Source of the DNA: an uncultured Gammaproteobacteria bacterium
GTDB lineage: Bacteria; Patescibacteriota; Microgenomatia; Levybacterales; UBA12049
DNA length: 64,000 bases
Direction of reading: 5' to 3'
Assembly (NCBI GenBank): GCA_964553245.1
Contig: CAZKJM010000001.1
Location: 16,892 to 80,891 of the forward strand
Shown here one piece after another: positions 31,947 to 41,835 of the stretch. How positions within the stretch are numbered: position 1 is the first letter of the stretch; every line of letters starts with the position of its first letter. The notes under the pieces were generated by a model. That model did no database searches and was not told where the DNA came from. It saw only the letters and a list, made by a program, of their open reading frames with translations. The position numbers and the translations under genes are program-made.

Positions 31947-34526
31947 TTACTTTTTAATATAGATTGATAGATCGTACGGAGCAGCAATAAGACCTGAATA
32001 CATATAATTAAATGTATTTCCAAATAAGTCATAAAATTTAAAATAAGGATTAAATTCAATTTTTTTAACATAATTTTCTTTTAATAATCTTTGAATTAAA
32101 AATTTTTTTGGAGTGTTAATTTCATGTTCTAGTGCAAGTTTAGAATTGGATATAATAATAATATCGGGTAATTTTTTTACCGATTCATCTACCAAAGCAT
32201 ACTTATAATTATTAGTTAAGGTTTTACCATATTGAAAATCGTAAAATTCCAGCAATACAATATCAGGCTCAAACTGATAAATTGGTATATTTTCAATTCC
32301 TATGACTTTACCTATTGGAATGTTTTTAGTTATCCATAAAGATGCAGATCTTTGAGGAGAGTCCATATATTTTAGAGAAATCCAAAAAAATGATTCAATA
32401 AACTGAAAAACCATTATTATCAAAAATAATACAATTAACAATTTATTTAAAAATGTTTTATTAGTTTTTACACGACTAATAAATATTCCAACTATAATAA
32501 CCATAAAAGGAATTAGAACAAGCGCTCTACTACCGGTTATAAAATATCTTAAAGGTATTAAGCTAAGTAAAAATATAAATAAAGAAATTAAAATAAATAT
32601 CAGTAATTTATCTTTTTTACCCCGTACTATGTCTATTATTGTTTTTGTGAATAAGAAAAAAAATGAGATTAAAAATATTAAGTAAAAAAAGTGTCCAAAA
32701 ATTGTCGGAAAATGATAAAAAAATACATATTCAAAATATGAATATCCTAAATTTATATCTTGAGAAAAAGACGGAATGGTCACTAGATTTTGATAAAGAT
32801 ACAAGCCAATATTTTTATTACTAAATACAAAATCTGGAATTCCTAGTAAAAAAACTGCAACGATCAACAATGTCAACCCCAAAAATAAAGTTTTAAGATG
32901 ATACTTGAATTTTGAATTGAAAAATAAAAAACTAAAAATATATACAAATATAATTGGCAATACGCTAACTTTTACCGAAATGGCAACTGCACTAAAAATT
33001 CCTGCAATTATAAAATTACTGGGAGTTGGTTTAAGACAATATTTTAAAATTAGATAAATTGAAAAGGTGAACCAAAACATAAGTGCAATATCGTACTTGA
33101 AATGGTTACTTAACATTAGCCAAAGCGGGTTAAATACAAACAAAAAAATAGCAATAATTGTATTTATTTTAAGCAATTTTGAAATTTTGTTAACTATAAT
33201 TATTGTTAATAATCCGAATAACATAGTGTTCAATCTTAAAACTGTAAATATACTTGCCTGCATTGATAAATTATCTACCGCAGACTTAATAGAAAAAGGG
33301 TCAATTATTTTAAATAAAACAAAAGGAATTAAATATAAACCGGAGAGAAAAAAGTGAAACATTGTTCCATTTGCGGATCCATCCATATTTGGAGATCCGT
33401 ATTTAAAAACATTTTTTACCGATTGAAGCTGATGCCATTCGTCCATGTGATATAAAAAGGGATGCTCTGATCCTGGTATTCCCCACCCAATAACAGAAAT
33501 AAGTAACGTTGAATAGAGCAAAATTAAAAAAACTAAAAGTTTATTTTTTAAAACGATTTTTTTTATGTTAATATGTATTATGCTTTTTAATACTCCTAAT
33601 GTCGTTCCAATAATCACCGCAATATCCGAAAGTATCTGTATTACTATCGAAAAAAATAACCCCTTTTTTGTTTTAATATATTTTTTATTTTTATTTATTA
33701 TTAAAAAAATATAAAAAAGAAAAAATAAAATTAAAGTAAATATTGGAAATAGTGACTTATATAAATAAGATAAAATTAATAAGTAAAAAGCTAAAAAGTA
33801 TCTTAAATATAAATAAAATATTGTTGGTCTAAAATAATGCATTTCCCCATCACCAAAAGCAAATCTATAAAACATTTTAAAAGACTGTTTTAAATTGCTT
33901 CTCGGAATCCAGTTAACAATTGCGTTTTTGGCAAAAACAATTTTTGCATTGTATTTTTTTAATCTAATTGCAAAATCGTAATCTTCATTATGACTTAAGT
34001 TATTATTAAACCCTGATATTTTTTCCCATATTCTTTTTTTAAACGCAATTGATCTTGTAGCAGGTAAAAAATTTTCCTTATCTATTTTATTGGACATTAC
34101 TAATACATATGGAACTAGTGCTTTTTGTAATTCGTTTTTTGGTAATCCTTTATAATACCCAGAAACAACGTCAATCGATTTATCTTTAAATGGAGCCGTT
34201 ATATTCTTAACCCAATTTTTATCCAAAACACAACCTGCGTCTGTACAAAGAATTATTTCTCCTTTCGCTTTTTTAATAGCAGCATTTCTACCAATAGATC
34301 TATTTCCTTTCACTTTTATCAGTTTAATTTTTATAATATTTTTGTATTCATTGGCTTTTTTAATAATTAAATTACATGTATTGTCTGTACTTAATCCGTC
34401 AGCAATAATGAATTCATCCGGTATAATAGTTTGGGAAACAACAGATTTAATTAATTTTTCTATTGTTTCTTCTTCGTTAAAAACCGTAATAATTAAGGAT
34501 TTCGTTATCCGTTTGTTTTTTTTCAT
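31947..34526 (-). CDS. Fusion of GT2 and GT-C domains (about 860 aa)
   Basis: N-term TVFNEE, DGLSTD, TDAG, NEDY; C-term multi-TM with YHMDEWHQ, K.D, AISVK; ATG at 34526 preferred. Confidence 0.8.
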   Translation of the reverse strand: MKKNKRITKSLIITVFNEEETIEKLIKSVVSQTIIPDEFIIADGLSTDNTCNLIIKKANEYKNIIKIKLIKVKGNRSIGRNAAIKKAKGEIILCTDAGCVLDKNWVKNITAPFKDKSIDVVSGYYKGLPKNELQKALVPYVLVMSNKIDKENFLPATRSIAFKKRIWEKISGFNNNLSHNEDYDFAIRLKKYNAKIVFAKNAIVNWIPRSNLKQSFKMFYRFAFGDGEMHYFRPTIFYLYLRYFLAFYLLILSYLYKSLFPIFTLILFFLFYIFLIINKNKKYIKTKKGLFFSIVIQILSDIAVIIGTTLGVLKSIIHINIKKIVLKNKLLVFLILLYSTLLISVIGWGIPGSEHPFLYHMDEWHQLQSVKNVFKYGSPNMDGSANGTMFHFFLSGLYLIPFVLFKIIDPFSIKSAVDNLSMQASIFTVLRLNTMLFGLLTIIIVNKISKLLKINTIIAIFLFVFNPLWLMLSNHFKYDIALMFWFTFSIYLILKYCLKPTPSNFIIAGIFSAVAISVKVSVLPIIFVYIFSFLFFNSKFKYHLKTLFLGLTLLIVAVFLLGIPDFVFSNKNIGLYLYQNLVTIPSFSQDINLGYSYFEYVFFYHFPTIFGHFFYLIFLISFFFLFTKTIIDIVRGKKDKLLIFILISLFIFLLSLIPLRYFITGSRALVLIPFMVIIVGIFISRVKTNKTFLNKLLIVLFLIIMVFQFIESFFWISLKYMDSPQRSASLWITKNIPIGKVIGIENIPIYQFEPDIVLLEFYDFQYGKTLTNNYKYALVDESVKKLPDIIIISNSKLALEHEINTPKKFLIQRLLKENYVKKIEFNPYFKFYDLFGNTFNYMYSGLIAAPYDLSIYIKK

Positions 34527-34533
34527 TTCCAAA

Positions 34534-34542
34534 ATTATACCA
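34534..34542 (-). promoter_or_regulatory. Extended -10 promoter TGgTATAAT, 7 nt before ATG 34526
   Basis: Consensus TGn-TATAAT read on - strand. Confidence 0.6.
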
Positions 34543-34572
34543 CTAAATAAGCATATAATAAATTTAATTGGC

Positions 34573-34602
34573 TTGAAAAATTAAAGAAAAAATAACTATA
34601 AT
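34573..34602 (+). promoter_or_regulatory. Promoter TTGAAA-18-TATAAT, 6 nt before ATG 34609
   Basis: Consensus -10, near-consensus -35. Confidence 0.62.
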
Positions 34603-34608
34603 ACAACA

Positions 34609-36456
34609 ATGCTGGAACTATTTGCATCCTTAATTAACAACGTTATTAACAACTTAAGGTTTTTAACTCAGGATTTTATTGGTATTCAAATAAATTACAC
34701 ATATATCGTTAACGTATTTTTTTCGTTTTTACTTTCTTTATTTCTTTTGCCTTTTATTTTTTTAACAGGTATTAAGATAAGAAAATTGTTTTTTAAAAGC
34801 GTGTCTGAATCAACATACAAGTATTTAATTGATTTTTCATTGGGATATATCTTTATTTCATCTTTAATAGGAATACTTGGATTCGTATCATTACTTTATA
34901 GGAATTATTTACTTTTAATATTTATGTTTATATTTATAATTTCATTATTTCATTTTAGAACATCATTTATTTATTTAAATAAACTGATTTTTTACTTTAA
35001 ATCCAGCTTGAAAGACGTATATAAAAATAAGTTTGTTTTTACATTCTTGTTCTTGTTTATTTTATTAGCAATAGTAAATTTAATAAATTTAGAAACAAGG
35101 GAAGATCAATATCATATAGATTTTGCGAAAATGTATCTTCAAAATAACACGATAATGATCGAACCAAAGGAACAGCTCGAGGTTTCCGGAGCACCGATGC
35201 TTTCTGAAATGTATTACGTAATTGGATTAACGTTCAACTTAATGGAATTTGCCAGATTTAATCACTTTTACTTTTATATTTTAATTTTAATAATATTAAT
35301 TGAATTTTCTAAAAATAAAAAAAATAAATTTGCAATCTACGCACCAATAATATTTGCAAGCGCGCCGGTAATAATAAAAGAAACCTCATCTTCATATGTT
35401 GATTTTCAATGGATTTTTTGTTTTATTCTTGCTGCGTTTATCATAAATCAAAAATTTAAACACAATTTAATAATAGCTGGAATTATTACAGGAGGAATGC
35501 TTGCAGGAAAAATGTGGACCATTCCTTTTTTAAGCGTTTATATTTTTTATATAGTCCTATTAAATCGGAAAAATAAATTTTTAGATACAATCAAAAAAAT
35601 ATTTATATTTACATTTTTTGCGTTTTTAATTTCTTCTTTATGGTATTTAAGATCATACTTATTAACAGGAACTCCGATTTTCCCCGTTATGATTAATCAA
35701 AGCAATAATGTAGTCTCATTTGCATCTAAATTTGATAGATACATTGGGGTAAATTTTCCTTTTATAAATATTTTTTCTTATTTCAATGTCTATAGTCCGC
35801 TTTTTTATTATGGGTTAATTTTGTTTTTTTATAAATTCAAAAAGAACTTTTCTGTATTAATCAAAAATGATATTTTCCTTTTTCTTTTTTTAACTTTTTT
35901 ATTATTTATTTTTATTCACTATCCTTTTGGAAGATACACAATGGGAATTTACGTTTTATTTTCAATTTTTTCATCTATAGGGATAAATAATTTCCATCTT
36001 AAATTTAGGAATGGAAAATATATAACCGGGATAATTTTATTACTTATATTTTCTTATTATTTCTTAAATTCATTAATGCAATTGCCATATGCAATCGGCT
36101 TTGCTAACGAAAATAAATATTTAACAAGAGTTTTATCCAGAGATGGATCAAGCTATTATAATTTTGATAATAAATTTGAAAAACATTTTAATAAGAATGA
36201 TTGCATTGCAACCTATAAAATATTCGGATTTTATTATGCAAATTTTTGTTATTCAGATATAAATTTTATTTTAAATAAAGAAGAAAAGTCTTTAAATACG
36301 CTGAAAAAGAAAGGTTTTACAAAATTATTAACTAAAATGGAAAACGCAGAAGGTTTTTGTAAAACTGAAAGAATTAAAAACTGTAATAATAAAAGTTTTA
36401 AATTAATAGATAGTTATATGGGAGTAAATAATTATTATCTATACGAATTAAAATAA
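34609..36456 (+). CDS. GT-C-like membrane glycosyltransferase
   Basis: Many TMs; EDQYH loop, SYVD, GMLAGK, WYLRSYLLTGTPIFP; same motif layout as 16963-18567. Confidence 0.65.
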   Translation: MLELFASLINNVINNLRFLTQDFIGIQINYTYIVNVFFSFLLSLFLLPFIFLTGIKIRKLFFKSVSESTYKYLIDFSLGYIFISSLIGILGFVSLLYRNYLLLIFMFIFIISLFHFRTSFIYLNKLIFYFKSSLKDVYKNKFVFTFLFLFILLAIVNLINLETREDQYHIDFAKMYLQNNTIMIEPKEQLEVSGAPMLSEMYYVIGLTFNLMEFARFNHFYFYILILIILIEFSKNKKNKFAIYAPIIFASAPVIIKETSSSYVDFQWIFCFILAAFIINQKFKHNLIIAGIITGGMLAGKMWTIPFLSVYIFYIVLLNRKNKFLDTIKKIFIFTFFAFLISSLWYLRSYLLTGTPIFPVMINQSNNVVSFASKFDRYIGVNFPFINIFSYFNVYSPLFYYGLILFFYKFKKNFSVLIKNDIFLFLFLTFLLFIFIHYPFGRYTMGIYVLFSIFSSIGINNFHLKFRNGKYITGIILLLIFSYYFLNSLMQLPYAIGFANENKYLTRVLSRDGSSYYNFDNKFEKHFNKNDCIATYKIFGFYYANFCYSDINFILNKEEKSLNTLKKKGFTKLLTKMENAEGFCKTERIKNCNNKSFKLIDSYMGVNNYYLYELK

Positions 36457-36457
36457 T

Positions 36458-38215
36458 ATGCCAAGTAATTATCATATGGTTGTTGTTAATCTTATTGCAT
36501 CTGCAATTCTTGGAATCGGTATATTGTTTTACAAATTTATTTATCCAAAGAAAAAAATAAATTTGTTTATTCTTTTATTATTAATATCAATATTACCTAT
36601 AATTAGTATTTTTAGACCGGGTACTTATGAAAGCGGAGACTTCAATATACATATTTATAGAATAATTACATTTTACAATTCACTAAAAGAAGGTATATTT
36701 ATGCCTTCATGGGCAGCCGATTTAAATGCAACATATGGAAATCCGTTGTTTATATTTAATTATAATTTACCCTATTATATTATTTCCCTATTTCATTTTT
36801 TCGGATTTAGTTTTATAACAAGTACTAAATTATACTTAGCATTTGTAATGTACTTTTCCGGAATAGCGATGTATCTATGGTTTAATAAACTTACAGGAAA
36901 TAAATTAGCTTCATTTACAGCAAGCATATTTTATTTATTTAGCCCATATCATTTAATTGACGTACATTTTAGGGCAACGCTAGGTGAATCTACAATTTTT
37001 TTTCTTCTCCCAATGTTTTTTTATACAATTATTAATTATTATGATCATAAAAAAGTTAATTATCTAATTTACATATGTTTAACAAGCGCATTGTTATTCT
37101 TAGCTCATCCATTGCTTGCTATACCTTCAATCGGTATTGGTTTTTTATATTCCCTTTTTATATTTATAACAAACAGGAAAACGGTCTTGCTAATTAATGT
37201 TTTCCTCTCTCTCGTTCTTGGCGTATTAGGAGCTTCATATCTTTGGATTCCATTTTTATTATTTTCGGGTTTCACTTTTTCAAATGGAACTCCTAATTTA
37301 TATTTTTATCCATTCAGCTATTTATTTTATTCTCCTTGGAGGCTAGGATTTCTTTTTCAGGGACCAAAAGGAGAGTTGCAGCTTATTATTGGATATACTC
37401 AAATATTTGTTGTTATTATTAGTTTAATTATTTTATGTAAGAATTTAATTTATTCAAAAATTAGACATGATTATATTTTTTGGATAAGTATTTTTTTGCT
37501 TTTAGTATTTTTTTTAAGTCCTATTTCAATTTTTATTTGGATCTTTTTTCCGTTATTATGGATGCTCTTACCCTATGGAAGACTCCTATTGCTTATATCC
37601 TTTTCTACATCAATGATTGCTGGTTATTTTACAATATTTTGTCAAAAATTTAAGAGAGGACAAGGTTTAATATTAATATTAATTTTAATCACAATTCTCT
37701 ATTCTATATTAAATTGGGGACACAGAAGGGTTATAGAAGACATAAACGATGATTATTTGATTAAAAATGTACCATACAGCACTCTAAACGAAGGTTTAAC
37801 AGCGTATTTTTTAAACAACAAGTGGGCTGATGTTAATAATTTTTGGTTTGATAAGATACCCAAAAATCATCTTGAAATAATTAATGGAGTTGGTTATGTA
37901 AAGCAAATTAAAAGAAATTCAATCAGTCACAGATATGAAGTCAATGCTAAAACATCACTAAAAGTAAAAGAAAATACATTATTCTTTCCAGGTTGGCAAT
38001 TAAGAATAGGTAATAAAATAATCCCCATTTATCCGGGAGAAAGAGGGATAATTAATGCTGATTTGCCAATGGGAAAATATGAAATTGAATTAAAATATGA
38101 AGATATTTTTATCTATAAGTTATCTAAATTTATTGCTATATTTTTTTTCTCTGTATTAATATTCATGATCTTAATTTATAGCATTTCAAGTCGAAGATTT
38201 AACTCCAAACCATAA
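36458..38215 (+). CDS. GT-C-like membrane protein (PTPS-related/YfhO-like)
   Basis: GDFNIH, PSWAADLN..YGNPLF, SPYH...R..LGE, C-terminal FFPGW domain. Confidence 0.72.
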   Translation: MPSNYHMVVVNLIASAILGIGILFYKFIYPKKKINLFILLLLISILPIISIFRPGTYESGDFNIHIYRIITFYNSLKEGIFMPSWAADLNATYGNPLFIFNYNLPYYIISLFHFFGFSFITSTKLYLAFVMYFSGIAMYLWFNKLTGNKLASFTASIFYLFSPYHLIDVHFRATLGESTIFFLLPMFFYTIINYYDHKKVNYLIYICLTSALLFLAHPLLAIPSIGIGFLYSLFIFITNRKTVLLINVFLSLVLGVLGASYLWIPFLLFSGFTFSNGTPNLYFYPFSYLFYSPWRLGFLFQGPKGELQLIIGYTQIFVVIISLIILCKNLIYSKIRHDYIFWISIFLLLVFFLSPISIFIWIFFPLLWMLLPYGRLLLLISFSTSMIAGYFTIFCQKFKRGQGLILILILITILYSILNWGHRRVIEDINDDYLIKNVPYSTLNEGLTAYFLNNKWADVNNFWFDKIPKNHLEIINGVGYVKQIKRNSISHRYEVNAKTSLKVKENTLFFPGWQLRIGNKIIPIYPGERGIINADLPMGKYEIELKYEDIFIYKLSKFIAIFFFSVLIFMILIYSISSRRFNSKP

Positions 38216-39088
38216 CATTTCTCCTGGAATGTAAAAAGTCCACTTTTTTTTAAAAATAAAAAAAGGTTTTATAAACTTCATTATTTTATGTATATGTTTG
38301 TATCTACTCAGTGAATTATCAAGTAAATCGAAAAGAAAGACCACAGGATAAGTCTTTGTAAATAAATGGTTTACTCCAAATTTTTTTGCCAGCAGAGTCA
38401 AGCTTTTATGCGAAAAATATTGAATATGTTGTCCTTGCCAATACCACCAATTATGACCAAGTAATTTACTACTAAAAGCATTAACATCTCCTGTCCAAAT
38501 AATAATTAAGCCTCCGGGTTTTAATAATTTACTTATGTACTTCATCTCTATTGAAGGATTTTCGAAATGCTCAATTACCCCAAATAGAGTTACGATATCA
38601 TATCTATTCTTGATTTTTTTTGATAATGTTTTTAAAAGCATTCTGTGTACTTTTATTTTGTTTTTTTTTGCAATCTTTGAAGACCAATTAGATATTTCCA
38701 AGCCTTCTACTTTGTATCCATAACTTCGTGCAACATTTAAGAATTCTCCTGTTGCACATCCTATGTCAAGTATTTTGCCTGATGTAATTTGGCGCTTAAT
38801 TATTGGTAATATTTTTTTTGCTGATTCCCTAATTGACTCAAGATAGTTCAGATACTCTTTATCCTCAACATCTTTATAGTTCCTATACATGTTACGGGGA
38901 AGCGGATTACAAAAAACGTGAGAGCAATTCATGCACATTACCGATCGAAATGTTTTTCCGGAATCAGGCGTTTTAACATATATAAATGATAATTTTTTAA
39001 TATCGATTGTTGATGGGTATAATTCTTTTGTCTCAGTAGATTTACATATCGGACATGAATCTAATTTCATAAATTTATTTCTTGGCAA
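38186..39088 (-). CDS. Class I SAM-dependent methyltransferase with N-terminal Cys motifs
   Basis: CPIC, CMNC, LDIGCATG, VIEHF, LKPGG. Confidence 0.85.
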   Translation of the reverse strand: MPRNKFMKLDSCPICKSTETKELYPSTIDIKKLSFIYVKTPDSGKTFRSVMCMNCSHVFCNPLPRNMYRNYKDVEDKEYLNYLESIRESAKKILPIIKRQITSGKILDIGCATGEFLNVARSYGYKVEGLEISNWSSKIAKKNKIKVHRMLLKTLSKKIKNRYDIVTLFGVIEHFENPSIEMKYISKLLKPGGLIIIWTGDVNAFSSKLLGHNWWYWQGQHIQYFSHKSLTLLAKKFGVNHLFTKTYPVVFLFDLLDNSLSRYKHIHKIMKFIKPFFIFKKKWTFYIPGEMLWFGVKSST

Positions 39089-39857
39089 CTAGAAAAATAT
39101 TTGTACCATTATCTTGTTCATCAACATATTTTAAATATTTTCTAACCAGATAATTTCTGACAAAATCTGGTTTAAAAACCATTCTCTTTCCAAAAATTAC
39201 TTTTAGAATTTGCGATGGCCAAGATGTAAGTATAAATAAGTCATAAATCTTGGTTACATTTGGGGAAACGATATTTTCCATTTTTACTATTTTAAATCCG
39301 TTTTTTTCAAAAAGTTTTTTCCATTCATTATTGTTCAATAATATGTGCCTCTTAAAAAAACTGTTATATTTTTTTGTTAAATATTTACTAATAGATTTTA
39401 ATCCGTATTTTTTAAGCATTGGTCTATAAAAAGTATTATTGTCTACCCTATCTGTTTCTATAGATGCAATTATCTTTCCACCTGGTTTTAATACTCGATA
39501 ACACTCTTTTAATAATTTATTAGAATTTTTTATGTGCTCAAGAGTACTGATTGATATAATTGTATAAAATGTATTATCCGCAAACGGCATCTTCCTTGCA
39601 TCGGCTAAAATTAATTTTTTGTATTTATTAGTTTTTCCTGCCATTGATAAGTCTCTTTTACTAATATCTAACCCAATATCGATTTTTTTATCCGTAAAAC
39701 ACTGCATAAATTCGCCAAATCCACAACCTAAATCAATAACAGGAGCTTTTATTTTTTCATTTGCTAAATATTTTGCTTCAACACTTCTCCATATAGCTAC
39801 GCTAAGAGGGGTAATTCTTAAAAACCTACGAAAATATTTTTCTGATTTTGAATTCAT
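39075..39857 (-). CDS. Class I SAM-dependent methyltransferase
   Basis: DLGCGFG, ADARKMPF, LEHI, RVLKPGG. Confidence 0.87.
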   Translation of the reverse strand: MNSKSEKYFRRFLRITPLSVAIWRSVEAKYLANEKIKAPVIDLGCGFGEFMQCFTDKKIDIGLDISKRDLSMAGKTNKYKKLILADARKMPFADNTFYTIISISTLEHIKNSNKLLKECYRVLKPGGKIIASIETDRVDNNTFYRPMLKKYGLKSISKYLTKKYNSFFKRHILLNNNEWKKLFEKNGFKIVKMENIVSPNVTKIYDLFILTSWPSQILKVIFGKRMVFKPDFVRNYLVRKYLKYVDEQDNGTNIFLVAKK

Positions 39858-39907
39858 TTAATTTTACAAATTTAAATTCTAACAGATGAAATTAACTGTG
39901 TAAAGAA

Positions 39908-40984
39908 TTACTGAGTATTTTTCCAAAGCTTTAAGTAGATATCTGCAATATCTGTCCATGTTTTATCCATTACCCATTTATATCCATTATCGACCATATT
40001 CTTATACTTAAAATTATTATTCACAACGTCCATTATTCCCCTAGATAATTCTTTTGAATTTTTAAAAATAAGTATAAAGTTTTTAAATGGAGTATTCACT
40101 AAGTAATCTTTTTTAATTCCATTGTTATACAAAGCAAATACAATCTTTTTTGACACTAAAGACTCAAATATGCCTAAGTATCTAGAAACAAAAATAAATT
40201 TATAATTTTTAATTTGCTCGTCTGCATTTGAAATAAAACCCTTAAATTGAATTTTTAACTTATTATTTTTAGCAAAAATTTTCGCTGCTTTTCCTAATGA
40301 ACCATCGCCATAAACATCGAGTGCAATATTTATTTTTTTTGATTTTAATATTTTTATAGCTTTTAGATAATCCATTATTCCTGTTTCTTTTTCCAATCTA
40401 CCAATAAACATTGCTTTATTAAAAGCTACAGATTTATCTTTAATTTTAATGTATTTTACAGCTCCGTATATTATATGATTTGGTTTTGTCCTATACCACT
40501 TTTCATAAAAGTTTCCAACGCAAATATTTCCCTTTGTTAGCTTTTCTGCAAGCTTATGCATAAAAATCGATCTCTTGTTAGGAATTGAGTTTCCTTCATA
40601 TCCGTGAAACGTAACAAAAACCTTTTTATTAGGGTAAATGAATCTAAACGGAAGATACCAATAAAAAATATCGTGACAATGAATAATATCCGCGTCTTTA
40701 ATAATATTTTTAATTTTAAATAATTCTTTCCATGCTTTAAGTTTTTCTAACTTATTTACCTTACCGTTGTTTATATAAATTATTCTTATTTTATCGATTT
40801 CTCCCGTCATCTTATCACTTAAAAGCATTGATTGATAATCCGTGTTTTGAGAAAAACTCTCTTTTGAAGTAATTACAGTAATACTATGACCTTTTTTAAT
40901 AAGTTCTTTTCCTAATTCCAAACAATGTTTCTCTACTCCACCAATATGGGGGTAAAAATACCTACACAAAAAAATAATTTTCAT
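39908..40984 (-). CDS. GT4 glycosyltransferase
   Basis: FYPHIGGVE, TFHG, FIGRLEKE, GDG; the E-x7-E motif is degenerate. Confidence 0.8.
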   Translation of the reverse strand: MKIIFLCRYFYPHIGGVEKHCLELGKELIKKGHSITVITSKESFSQNTDYQSMLLSDKMTGEIDKIRIIYINNGKVNKLEKLKAWKELFKIKNIIKDADIIHCHDIFYWYLPFRFIYPNKKVFVTFHGYEGNSIPNKRSIFMHKLAEKLTKGNICVGNFYEKWYRTKPNHIIYGAVKYIKIKDKSVAFNKAMFIGRLEKETGIMDYLKAIKILKSKKINIALDVYGDGSLGKAAKIFAKNNKLKIQFKGFISNADEQIKNYKFIFVSRYLGIFESLVSKKIVFALYNNGIKKDYLVNTPFKNFILIFKNSKELSRGIMDVVNNNFKYKNMVDNGYKWVMDKTWTDIADIYLKLWKNTQ

Positions 40985-41709
40985 TTCTTCCTAGCAACAA
41001 TAATAAAATTAGATTCACCGAATAGATAAACAAGCAAATTGTCTATTAATGTTAAGGAATCTGAGAAAATAAATTTTATAAATTTTATACCTTTTCCTGC
41101 GACACTATTAGTAAATAGAAAATTTCGAAGTATCCCTTCAACCTTTTTTACTTCTATAATATTAAAACCATTCCTTTCTATTTTATTACATAATTCATCG
41201 ATCGAATATCGTCTTAAATGACCAACCTTTTTATCGAATTTTTTTAATAGGCCCATTCTATAAAGCGGTGCACTTTTGGATGGAGCAGACAAAAACAGTA
41301 AACCATTTTTATCTAACATTTTTTTTATTTTTTTCAGAACATATTCATCTTTTTTTAAATGCTCTATCACCTCTGTTAATAAAATTAAATTATATCTACC
41401 AGCAATGTATTGTTTGGGAAAATCAATAACACGAAAATTTACATATTCACTTAGGTTTAAATATCTTGCAGTTGATGAGCTAGCCCTAATTGCATTTATT
41501 GATATATCTACTCCCAAGACCTTAATGCCTTTACTTCCTAAATATAAACTCAATGTTCCCGCCCCACATCCTATATCCAATGCGGTGGCAATACTTGCAA
41601 TATATTTATCTAAAACTTCCAAAATTAATCGATATGTAAAATCTTTTTTATTTATTATTTTCTTTTGAACCGATGTGTATTTATGAAAAAGGTTATAATT
41701 TATTTCCAT
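40981..41709 (-). CDS. Class I SAM-dependent methyltransferase
   Basis: LDIGCGAG, GVDIS, EVIEHL, GHLRRY. Confidence 0.87.
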   Translation of the reverse strand: MEINYNLFHKYTSVQKKIINKKDFTYRLILEVLDKYIASIATALDIGCGAGTLSLYLGSKGIKVLGVDISINAIRASSSTARYLNLSEYVNFRVIDFPKQYIAGRYNLILLTEVIEHLKKDEYVLKKIKKMLDKNGLLFLSAPSKSAPLYRMGLLKKFDKKVGHLRRYSIDELCNKIERNGFNIIEVKKVEGILRNFLFTNSVAGKGIKFIKFIFSDSLTLIDNLLVYLFGESNFIIVARKK

Positions 41710-41835
41710 TCGCTTAAGTATTTTACCACTGTGTATATTTATTCACAAACGAATTATTCATAGTTGAATTATGTTGTAAATTTTTTAGATTTTCTATCTT
41801 GACAAAGATATTAAAAGTATACTTATATTAAAATT

